Origin: Eledone cirrhosa
Lineage: Eukaryota
Direction of reading: 5' to 3'
Length of the DNA stretch: 64,000 bases
Assembly (NCBI GenBank): GCA_964016885.1
Contig: OZ024743.1
Location: 292,330,001 to 292,394,000 of the forward strand
The first letter of the stretch is position 1, and each line of letters starts with the position of its first letter. Below are positions 41,330 to 53,000 of the stretch, one piece after another. Below the pieces are notes generated by a model that saw only the letters and a program-made list of their open reading frames with translations, was not told the origin of the DNA and did no database searches. Position numbers and translations under genes: made by a program.

Positions 41330-42817
41330 TTTTGTTTTTTAAGTTTTACTTTTTCCCCCCTCTTCTCTGTCCGTCCGCCTGCTTCTCTCTTCATTCTTAT
41401 TTTCTTTACGTTTTTGGGGTTTCTTTTTTTGTTTTTGTTTTTCTCTGTTTTTCTCGTTTTTTACTGTTGTTGCTGTGCTGCTTTTGTTGTTTGTTTTTTC
41501 TTTTTTCTTTTGAGTCTATCTATATATTTTGATGCCTTCCTCTTTGTTGGTAGTAGGAATTCTATAATGTGGAAGTGGTAGCCAGCAGAGACTAGCGGCG
41601 TTGGCGATACTGAGACAGTGGTGGCGGTGATGTCGATACCGAGGCAGTGGTGGCGGTGATGCGACCGTATTACTGTAGTGATGGTGCTGTAGCGGTGGCA
41701 GCAGCAGTGAAGGAGTCAGGGGGTGGTGGCGGCGGTGATGGGATAGTGGTGGTAATGATGGCCGTAGTGAGCGGTGGCGGTGAAGGTGAAAATGCTGTTG
41801 TGTTTAGTGTACACAGATGATGGGGTGGGTGGTGTATCTAGTTTCTGGTGTTGGTGAGTTTCGCTGTCCTATATAGTGTAGCCAGAGGAGAGGAGGGGGG
41901 GGGGGGGGGTTCTTCTTCTTCCATTTATAGCCATTTTATTTTTTTTTTTTTTTGGATATACAGTGTACAATACAAAGTTGAATATTTGAATATTTGAGCC
42001 GTATTACTGTAGTGATCGTGCTGTAGCGGTGGCAGCAGCAGTGAAGGAGTCAAGGGGTGGTGGCGGCGGTGATGGGATAGTGGTGGTAATGATGGCCGTA
42101 GTGAGCGGTGGCGGTGAAGGTGAAAATCCTGTTGTGTTTAGTGTACACAGATGATGGGGTGGGTGGTGTATCTAGTTTCTGGTGTTGGTGAGTTTCGCTG
42201 TCCTATATAGTGTAGCCAGAGGAGAGGAGGGGGGGGGGGGGTTCTTCTTCTTCCATTCATAGCCATTTTATTTTTTTTTTTTTGGATATACAGTGTACAA
42301 TACAAAGTTGAATATTTGAATATTGGAGCCGTATTACTGTAGTGATGGTGCTGTAGCGGTGGCAGCAGCAGTGAAGGAGTCAAGGGGTGGTGGCGGCGGT
42401 GATGGGATAGTGGTGGTAATGATGGCCGTAGTGAGCGGTGGCGGTGAAGGTGAAAATGCTGTTGTGTTTAGTGTACACAGATGATGGGGTGGGCGGTGTA
42501 TCTAGTTTCTGGTGTTGGTGAGTTTAGCTGTCCTATATAGTGTAGCCAGAGGAGAGGAGGGGGGGTTCTTCTTCTTCCATTTATAGCCATTTTTTTTTTG
42601 GATATACAGTGTACAATACAAAGTTGAATATTTGAATATTTGAGCCTTATAACAATATATTTTGGGTCCGAATTTTTTGGGGCTCAAGCCGGGTGCTTTA
42701 CGTAGCATTTGTACTAAGAGTTGTTATTTCACAAATGATTTAAATATGTTAAAAATTCAAAACTTACGGGAGCGATTTCATGACCTCCGTCACCTCGTGC
42801 GTCTTCTACCCTTAGAA
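41330..42817 (-). mobile_element. Probable third Tx1-like 5'UTR/ORF1-start module, inverted
   Basis: Minus strand ggtgacggagg...ctcccgtaag..aatttttaac resembles the copy 1 start ggttgacggagg..ctctgtaag..aatttttaac. A-run+ATGGCTA matches the ORF1 start context of copies 1-3. Confidence 0.5.
41667..42646. repeat. Three tandem ~330 bp units
   Basis: Units start gtattactgtagtgat at 41667, 42001 and 42331, and differ mainly in homopolymer lengths. Confidence 0.95.
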
Positions 42818-42979
42818 GTCCCTTGGAAGTCCCCCCCCCCCTATTGGGGAATTTTTCTTTGTTATTTTATTTCAACCTCTGTTTTTTACACGCAGAAATG
42901 CCCATTTGTACCGTCCTGTATTGTCCTGTACTGTCCTTAATGTCTACTTTATGTGAACCCTTGTGGTTAATAAAGAAAA

Positions 42980-42981
<2 letters not shown>
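42818..42981 (+). mobile_element. Tx1 3'UTR stub
   Basis: Matches ~55786-55946 and ends AATAAAgaaaaca(TTA)n. Confidence 0.9.
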
Positions 42982-43034
<53 letters not shown>

Positions 43035-43035
<1 letters not shown>

Positions 43036-43218
43036 CTTGAATCTCAGTCATTGATGTTAGTTAACTGGAAAGTCCGTTGGAATGAATATCAAGCCACTAC
43101 CTGCAGCCTCAGATATTCAGGACGTATTGGAGGGTTCTTGCTGTTCCCAGCAAGCATGCCTTTTGAAGCGTTCCAAAAAGCGTGAAGGGGCCGATTTTCT
43201 TTAACCATCCCTGGAAAC
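43035..43218 (-). mobile_element. Dong-A 3' stub
   Basis: Matches ~37629-37812, with (TTA)n on both sides. Confidence 0.9.
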
Positions 43219-43275
<57 letters not shown>

Positions 43276-43276
<1 letters not shown>

Positions 43277-44150
43277 AGTTGCATTTATCTTGCTTTATGT
43301 TCATACGAGTTATCACCAAGTCACAACCAGTGACCTCAAGAGACAACAAGGTCCGCCATGTTCAAGAAAGAACACACATACTCACACATGCATCTTAGTG
43401 TTTAGACTTGTGATGTACTTATATTCACAGAATCTTCCTTAGTATATGGGCAGTTCCCATTAGTACTATCTTTTGTATTTCTCCTACACGCGGGTTTCCT
43501 GGGATTTGCGATAAGTAATCATTAGGTATCATTCCCAGAGCGCCTACAACCACTGGTATTGTTTTAGTTCTCAATTTTCACATTTTTCCAATTTCTATCT
43601 GCAGGTCCTTATACTTGTCAATTTTTCAAATGTTTTTATAGATACATTCTTGTCTATTGGAACAGACATATCAATTAGCAGGCATACCCTCTTTTTAAAG
43701 TCCTTCAATATTATATCAGGTCTATTTGCGTCTATTTTTCGGTCTGTTTGGATGCTAAAGTTCCACAAGTTTGAGATGTGATCTTTTTCAAGTATGGGAG
43801 GTGGTTGATGCTCCCACCAATTCTTTTGATGGGGCAGGTCAAAATGCTTTCACATTATCCAATGTATGTATTGTGCAGCTCTGTCATGCCTGTTTAGGTA
43901 TTCGGTTGGAGCTATAGGACTGCACATTGAAATTATATGGTCAATGGTCTCTGGTTGTTTTTTGCATACACGGCATAATGGGCTGCATCCATTTTTTATT
44001 ATGTTGGCTTAGTAATTTTTTGTTGGCAGACACTGATCTTGTGCTGATATAATCAGTCCTTCAGTCTCCGATTTCAGTCCAGAGGATGCCAACCACTGAT
44101 GGGTTAATATTTTGTCAACATCAGGATTGTTAGCTCGCTGTGGGTATTTT
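43276..44150 (-). mobile_element. Dong-B copy 3, 5'-truncated
   Basis: Aligns to ~29812-30693. Confidence 0.9.
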
Positions 44151-44182
44151 GATGTGATTATTATTATTATTATTATTATTAT

Positions 44183-44478
44183 AAGCAAGTATGGCCCGAA
44201 TGAATGGGCCTTCTCTGAGTATGTGTCTGTAAATTAAAGGTGGAAAACTGGGAGAGGGCACTTGCCCTGGTGGTCAGGGCCACTGTGGTCTTTTAATGGG
44301 CTTTCTCCACAAATGTCCCTTGGAAGTCCCCCCCCCCCCCTATTGGGGAATTTTTCTTTGTTATTTTATTTCAACCTCTGTTTTTTACACGCAGAAATGC
44401 CCATTTGTACCTTCCTGTATTGTCCTGTACTGTCCTTAATGTCTACTTTATGTGAACCCTTGTGGTTAATAAAGAAAA

Positions 44479-44480
<2 letters not shown>
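44183..44480 (+). mobile_element. Tx1 5'-truncated stub (~300 bp)
   Basis: End of ORF2 plus 3'UTR, with (TTA)n on both sides. Confidence 0.9.
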
Positions 44481-44533
<53 letters not shown>

Positions 44534-44534
<1 letters not shown>

Positions 44535-46016
44535 CTTGAATCTCAGTCATTGATGTTAGTTAACTGGAAAGTCCGTTGGAATGAATATCAAGCCACTACC
44601 TGCAGCCTCAGATATTCAGGACGTATTGGAGGGTTCTTGCTGTTCCCAGCAAGCATGCCTTTTGAAGCGTTCCAAAAAGCGTGAAGGGGCCGATTTTCTT
44701 TAACCATCCCTGGAAACTTTTGGAGATAGTCCCCAGTGCGCCTATGACAATCGGGATCACTTTGACTTCATGGCAGTTCCAAATCCTTTTTACCTCCCAC
44801 TTTAAGTCCTGGTATCGGTTAATTTTCTCCCTCTCCTTCTCTTGCACTCCCGTGTCGAATGGGCAGGCCACATCCACAATCAGACACGATCTTTTTTCTT
44901 TGTCCACAACCACCAGGTCAGGTCTATTGTGTTCCAGTTTCTTGTCCGTCTGTATCCTAAAATCCCACAGCACCTTCACCTGATCGTTCTCCATCACCGC
45001 CTCTGGCTTATGCTGATACCATTTCTCAGAATGTGGTAAATTGTTTACTTTGCACAGGTGCCAGTGGATCACCCTGCCCATCACATCATGTCTCCAGCCC
45101 TTATAGTGGGACTGGGCTAGGTGTTTACACTCGGATACAATGTGAGCCACAGTCTCCTCTCTCTCTCCACAGATCCTGCACAGTGGGCTAGCCTCCTCCT
45201 TGTAAATATGGTGTTTCAACCACTTTGTTTTGAGAGCCTGCTTCTGCGCAGCCATTAACATTCCTTCTGTAGCCTTTTTAAGGTCTCCTCTTCTCAACCA
45301 GTTCCATGTCTGTGGATCTCTAAATTCAGTTTTCTCAAAGAAGGTACTATGAAGGGATTTTTCCCGAAGGCTGCTCTTCCTCCTTGATGTTATTTCCTCC
45401 TTGGACATCCCCTGGCCTATTGTCCCATCCTTCAGTACAGTTCTGAGCATTGGCTCCTTACTATCAGTCACGTATTTGTGTAGGCTGTTTTTCTCCATCT
45501 GAACACAGTCCTCTATGCTGATAAGACCTCTTCCACCCTCAGATCTCCTTAGGTAGAGTCTATCGACATCACTCCTCTTGTGGAACATGTTGTAGATAGT
45601 CAATAGCTTCCTAGTCTTCCTATCCATTTCTTTTTGTTCAGCAACATTCCATCTCAGAATTCCCGCACTGTACCTAATAATAGACACAGCTCGGGAATTT
45701 ACTGCGCTTATGGCATTTCTGCTGTTCAAATGTGACTTCAATACGCTCCTTACTCTCCGAATGTATTCAGTTCTTAACAATTCCTTCATTTTTTTGTTCT
45801 TTATGCCATCAGCCTCCAGAACGCCCAAATACTTGTATCCTTCCTCAGAGTCAATTTCCTTTATCATCTCACCTGTTGGTATCTGGATTCCGTTACTTCT
45901 GCTCAACCTACCCCTCCTCATCACAATGACTCCACACTTACTAATACCAAACTGCATACATATATCACTGCTGAAAATACGGACAGTGTCAACAAGCACA
46001 TCCAACTCCTTCTCAC

Positions 46017-46054
<38 letters not shown>

Positions 46055-47525
46055 GTTGTTGTTATTCCTTGAATCTCAGTCATTGATGTTGGTTAACTGG
46101 AAAGTCCGTTGGAATGAATATCAAGCCACTACCTGCAGCCTCAGATATTCAGGACGTATCGGAGGGTTCTTGCTGTTCCCAGCAAGCATGCCTTTTGAAG
46201 CGTTCCAAAAAGCGTGAAGGGGCCGATTTTCTTTAACCATCCCTGGAAACTTTTGGAGATAGTCCCCAGTGCGCCTATGACAATCGGGATCACTTTGACT
46301 TCATTGCAGTTCCAAATCCTTTTCACCTCCCACTTTAGGTCCTGGTATCGGTTAATTTTCTCCCTCTCCTTCTCTTGCACTCTCGTGTCGAAAGGGCAGG
46401 CCACATCCACAATCAGACACGATCTTTTTTCTTTGTCCACAACCACCAGGTCAGGTCTATTGTGTTCCAGTTTTTTGTCCGTCTGTATCCTAAAATCCCA
46501 CAGCACCTTCACCTGATTGTTCTCCATCACCGCCTCTGGCCTATGCTCATACCATTTCTCAGAATGTGGTAAATTGTTTACCCTGCCCATCACATCGTGT
46601 CTCCAGCCCTTATAGTGGGTCTGGGCTAGGTGTTTACACTCGGACACAATGTGAGCCACAGTCTCCTCTCTCTCTCCACAGATCCTGCACAGTGGGCTAG
46701 CCTCCTCCCTGTAAATATGGTGCTTCAACCACTTCGTTTTGAGGGCCTGCTCCTGCGCAGCCATTAGCATTCCTTCTGTAGCCTTTTTGAGGTCTCCTCT
46801 TCTCAACCAGTTCCATGTCTGTGTATCTCTAAATTCAGTTTTCTCAAAGAAGGTACTATGAAGGGATTTTCCCTTAAGGCTGCTCTTCCTCCTTGATGTT
46901 ATTTCCTCCTTGGACATCCCCTGGCCTACTGTCCCCTCCTTCAGTACAGTTCTGAGCATTGGCTCCTTACTATCAGTCACGTATTTGTGTAGGCTGTTTT
47001 TCTCCATCTGAACACAGTCCTCTATGCTGATAAGACCTCTTCCACCCTCAGATCTCCTTAGGTAGAGTCTATCGACATCACTCCTCTTGTGGAACATGTT
47101 GTAGATAGTCAATAGCTTCCTAGTCTTCCTATCCATTTCTTTTTGTTCAGCAACATTCCATCTCAGAATTCCCGCACTGTACCTAATAATAGACACAGCT
47201 CGGGAATTTACTGCGCTTATGGCATTTCTGCTGTTCAAATGTGACTTCAATACGCTCCTTACTCTCCGAATGTATTCAGTTCTTAACAATTCCTTCATTT
47301 TTTTGTTCTTTATGCCATCAGCCTCCAGAACGCCCAAATACTTGTATCCTTCCTCAGAGTCAATTTCCTTTATCATCTCACCTGTTGGTATCTGGATTCC
47401 GTTACTTCTGCTCAACCTACCCCTCCTCATCACAATGACTCCACACTTACTAATACCAAACTGCATACATATATCACTGCTGAAAATACGGACAGTGTCA
47501 ACAAGCACATCCAACTCCTTCTCAC

Positions 47526-47566
<41 letters not shown>

Positions 47567-49037
47567 GTTGTTGTTATTCCTTGAATCTCAGTCATTGATG
47601 TTGGTTAACTGGAAAGTCCGTTGGAATGAATATCAAGCCACTACCTGCAGCCTCAGATATTCAGGACGTATCGGAGGGTTCTTGCTGTTCCCAGCAAGCA
47701 TGCCTTTTGAAGCGTTCCAAAAAGCGTGAAGGGGCCGATTTCCTTTAACCATCCCTGGAAACTTTTGGAGATAGTCCCCAGTGCGCCTATGACAATCGGG
47801 ATCACTTTGACTTCATTGCAGTTCCAAATCCTTTTCACCTCCCACTTTAGGTCCTGGTATCGGTTAATTTTCTCCCTCTCCTTCTCTTGCACTCTCGTGT
47901 CGAAAGGGCAGGCCACATCCACAATCAGACACGATCTTTTTTCTTTGTCCACAACCACCAGGTCAGGTCTATTGTGTTCCAGTTTTTTGTCCGTCTGTAT
48001 CCTAAAATCCCACAGCACCTTCACCTGATTGTTCTCCATCACCGCCTCTGGCCTATGCTCATACCATTTCTCAGAATGTGGTAAATTGTTTACCCTGCCC
48101 ATCACATCGTGTCTCCAGCCCTTATAGTGGGTCTGGGCTAGGTGTTTACACTCGGACACAATGTGAGCCACAGTCTCCTCTCTCTCTCCACAGATCCTGC
48201 ACAGTGGGCTAGCCTCCTCCCTGTAAATATGGTGCTTCAACCACTTCGTTTTGAGGGCCTGCTCCTGCGCAGCCATTAGCATTCCTTCTGTAGCCTTTTT
48301 GAGGTCTCCTCTTCTCAACCAGTTCCATGTCTGTGTATCTCTAAATTCAGTTTTCTCAAAGAAGGTACTATGAAGGGATTTTCCCTTAAGGCTGCTCTTC
48401 CTCCTTGATGTTATTTCCTCCTTGGACATCCCCTGGCCTACTGTCCCCTCCTTCAGTACAGTTCTGAGCATTGGCTCCTTACTATCAGTCACGTATTTGT
48501 GTAGGCTGTTTTTCTCCATCTGAACACAGTCCTCTATGCTGATAAGACCTCTTCCACCCTCAGATCTCCTTAGGTAGAGTCTATCGACATCACTCCTCTT
48601 GTGGAACATGTTGTAGATAGTCAATAGCTTCCTAGTCTTCCTATCCATTTCTTTTTGTTCAGCAACATTCCATTTCAGAATTCCCGCACTGTACCTAATA
48701 ATAGACACAGCTCGGGAATTTACTGCGCTTATGGCATTTCTGCTGTTCAAATGTGACTTCAATACGCTCCTTACTCTCCGAATGTATTCAGTTCTTAACA
48801 ATTCCTTCATTTTTTTGTTCTTTATGCCATCAGCCTCCAGAACGCCCAAATACTTGTATCCTTCCTCAGAGTCAATTTCCTTTATCATCTCACCTGTTGG
48901 TATCTGGATTCCGTTACTTCTGCTCAACCTACCCCTCCTCATCACAATGACTCCACACTTACTAATACCAAACTGCATACATATATCACTGCTGAAAATA
49001 CGGACAGTGTCAACAAGCACATCCAACTCCTTCTCAC

Positions 49038-49075
<38 letters not shown>

Positions 49076-50020
49076 GTTGTTGTTATTCCTTGAATCTCAG
49101 TCATTGATGTTGGTTAACTGGAAAGTCCGTTGGAATGAATATCAAGCCACTACCTGCAGCCTCAGATATTCAGGACGTATCGGAGGGTTCTTGCTGTTCC
49201 CAGCAAGCATGCCTTTTGAAGCGTTCCAAAAAGCGTGAAGGGGCCGATTTTCTTTAACCATCCCTGGAAACTTTTGGAGATAGTCCCCAGTGCGCCTATG
49301 ACAATCGGGATCACTTTGACTTCATTGCAGTTCCAAATCCTTTTCACCTCCCACTTTAGGTCCTGGTATCGGTTAATTTTCTCCCTCTCCTTCTCTTGCA
49401 CTCTCGTGTCGAAAGGGCAGGCCACATCCACAATCAGACACGATCTTTTTTCTTTGTCCACAACCACCAGGTCAGGTCTATTGTGTTCCAGTTTTTTGTC
49501 CGTCTGTATCCTAAAATCCCACAGCACCTTCACCTGATTGTTCTCCATCACCGCCTCTGGCCTATGCTCATACCATTTCTCAGAATGTGGTAAATTGTTT
49601 ACCCTGCCCATCACATCGTGTCTCCAGCCCTTATAGTGGGTCTGGGCTAGGTGTTTACACTCGGACACAATGTGAGCCACAGTCTCCTCTCTCTCTCCAC
49701 AGATCCTGCACAGTGGGCTAGCCTCCTCCCTGTAAATATGGTGCTTCAACCACTTCGTTTTGAGGGCCTGCTCCTGCGCAGCCATTAGCATTCCTTCTGT
49801 AGCCTTTTTGAGGTCTCCTCTTCTCAACCAGTTCCATGTCTGTGTATCTCTAAATTCAGTTTTCTCAAAGAAGGTACTATGAAGGGATTTTCCCTTAAGG
49901 CTGCTCTTCCTCCTTGATGTTATTTCCTCCTTGGACATCCCCTGGCCTACTGTCCCCTCCTTCAGTACAGTTCTGAGCATTGGCTCCTTACTATAGGTCA
50001 CGTATTTGTATAGGTTGTTT
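44534..50020 (-). mobile_element. Four tandem 5'-truncated Dong-A copies (44534-46016, 46067-47525, 47579-49037, 49088-50020)
   Basis: ~1.51 kb period. Each encodes part of the thumb, the CCHC and the RLE, and lacks FMDD. Separated by (TTA)n(TTG)3TTATT. Confidence 0.95.
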
Positions 50021-50021
50021 A

Positions 50022-50057
<36 letters not shown>

Positions 50058-53000
50058 GGCGACCTACGTAGGAAATCGTATTATCGTGAGCTCCGCAAAG
50101 GTTTGTTATTTCCGTTTGTTTAAAAATTGCCATTTATGGAAAATTTTATTGTAAATTGTTTATAAGCACACATACATTGTTTTCCGAAAAGGACACCCAA
50201 AAAGATTGGGGCCTTGTGCCCAAAGTTTTAACTTTTATTATTATCCAAAAATTTCTTTGAAAAAAAAATGGCTAATTCCCCTATGCACGAAGCAGCTGAA
50301 AGCCTTCCTCACAAAATAACACCTCACACCGACACCACCATTGTAAATGTTACTACGTTTGCCAACACAAAAAAAAATATAAGCAGTAGCAATATTTTAA
50401 ATTTGTCTCAGGCAGACATTCATTTCCCGCCATTACCAATGACTGCAGGTGTTAAACCCTCCACCACCACCACCACCGCGACAACAAAAACAAAAGAAGA
50501 AAAAAATAAATTAACTCGTGACGTCGAAATGAAATCAAGCAAAATGGACTCTTCCCCACCAACGACGACTGACGTCACCACCACCACAACTGAAAATAAA
50601 ATTAATATTAACGATAGCAACAACAACAACAATGACATTATAAAACCGACCCTCAGTTTCGCCATCGTAGCAAAACAATTCGAAGCGTTCACGGTAACTC
50701 AAGAAGATTTAGAAAATGCCAAACAAATGGTAAAGAAAGATGGGTACAGGGTCAGCCTCACCCCCCCCCCCCCGCCAACCCCACCTAATAAAATGGAGCA
50801 TCGGCGCCTGTGCACCGTGTCGTATAGAACAATAAATGTAAAATCGCGCCGAGTGGAACGGGCATCCGAGTCCCAAATCCAAAAAGCTTTGGGACATGTG
50901 TGGGCAAGAAAAACCCACATCAGACGTGGGCAAAAGTATGGAACCGTGGATGTGTTCTTTGAAACACCAGAGGAGGCTAGAGAACACTCCATGGCCCCAT
51001 TAAAAAGTGACGACCTCACACTCGTCCCAAGCTATTGTGGCCAGAGACTCGTAAAGATCAGGGTGACCCACGTTCCACCGGCCATCGAAATTCCCTGGCT
51101 AATAGCGGCTGTCCTCGCCGGCATCGAAGCCAACACAAAAATAATAGCAGTAGCAAAAGAAAAGTAGGAAAACTGGTCCGGATCTTGGATGGAGCTCCTG
51201 ATCCAAGCGGACCAAAAAAGCATTGAGGAGATCCCAGAGGTAATATACCTCACTGACGGCAGCCACCTCGCGGTAATTGTCGAGGGCAGAAGACCTAGGT
51301 GTGTCGTTTGTGGTGAAGGAACCCACCTAAGGGCTTTCTGCCCTCAGGCTAAAAGGTTGAGGCCACCTCTCCTACCCTCCCCAGTGACACAACCATCAAC
51401 ACCACCAGTAGCAGAGATGGCAGCAACAACTGTAGCAGCAACAACAGAAGCAACTATAACAGCAACAACCCCAGCAACAGTAGCAAAACCAACACCACTA
51501 CCACCACCAGCAAAACCAACACCACCACCACCCAACGCTTCAGAACTAGCACCAGCGCCTACACCATCACCACACCACAACCAAAACTAACGGCTGTGGA
51601 GGATTTTCCACTCCCCGGCCTATCACAACTGGAGACAGATTGTGACGACGAGGAGTGGGAAACGATATCCGGAAAAAAAAATAGAAACCAAAAAAGAAAA
51701 AATTCTCTTCCTTCCCCCTCCAAAAACAAAATACAGAGGGAAACAAATAAACTAAGAAACAAAAAAGTTAGGACAGATATGCCACCATCCACACCAGCAT
51801 CACCAACCCCATCAACCCAAACACCAACACCATCACCATCATTAACTCCAACACCACCATCACCTACACCACAAAAGTCACCAAAATGCGAAACAGAAAC
51901 AAACCCACAACAAACGCAAACAAAACAGAACAACCAAAACGATACACACTACACAGCATTAAATTTGAACAATAAGCAATTATTACACTACATCCAACAC
52001 AACACCAGCATCACAGAAAAAGACTACACAACAACCCCAAAATACACACCACCTCCACACATACAAATCACTCGCATCACACAGAAAACGTACATGTCAC
52101 AAAAACAAAAATTCCCCAAAGACATCGGAGACTTCCGACAAGCACTCTCCAGGAGGATTTATAAGGATATCCTTCCTGAGGAGGCCACAAGCAGTGAAAA
52201 GGATGGAAAAATCGTCCTTCCCCTACGAGAAGTAAGGTAAGTTGTCTTTCCCATCTTTTCCACTCCTTTTCAACATGACCTCACTCAGAATAGGCAGCAT
52301 AAATGCGCGTGGCTTGGGGTCGTCATGGAAGCAGGGCCACCTGCTCAACGACCTCAGGTCACTAAACATAGATGTAGTGGCCATCAGCGAGACCAGAATC
52401 TCCGAAGCACAGGCTTTCGCACCGATCTTCGGCGGATACGATGTGTACGCATCTCCCAGCCGTCCGGGATCGGGGGGGGAGGAGTTGCTGTGCTTTTTCG
52501 GAGAGGTTTGGATCTTGCCATACGGGCCATCTTCCTGGACCCAGAAGGTAAGTTGGTGGTGCTGGACGTGACTAGCGGAGACGGGCAAGCTTTCAGGTTA
52601 GTGGCCGTCTATGCCCCGACAGGAGCAGGGCCGCCTGGTTTCTTCCGGCGTCTGGAGACCTTTCTTGGAACGTCCCGCTCTTTAGTGTTAGTGGGCGACT
52701 GGAACGGGATCTTAGATGCACGCTGGGATTGTGTGGGATTAGTGGATAGGGAAGGAGGGTGCAAGAGTCTCACCAACCTGCTCAGACGTTTTGAACTGTC
52801 TGACAGGTATCGAATGGATTTCCCGAATGTACCAACGTGGACTTGGACAAATCGCATAGGGTCATCCAGATCATATCTAGATAGAGTATTTTGTAGGGAA
52901 ATAGATAGGTCTAGCATAGGCTGTCCACAATTCAAGATAGTCAGCTACACGGACCACAAATTCGTGATCTGTGTGCTTGACTTAGATAGGCTTCATAGAC

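Noticed and set aside
44481-50057. Repeat-spacer pattern resembling a CRISPR array
   Set aside because: The repeats are variable-length TTA microsatellites, the spacers are kb-scale retrotransposon copies, and there are no cas genes in this eukaryotic context.
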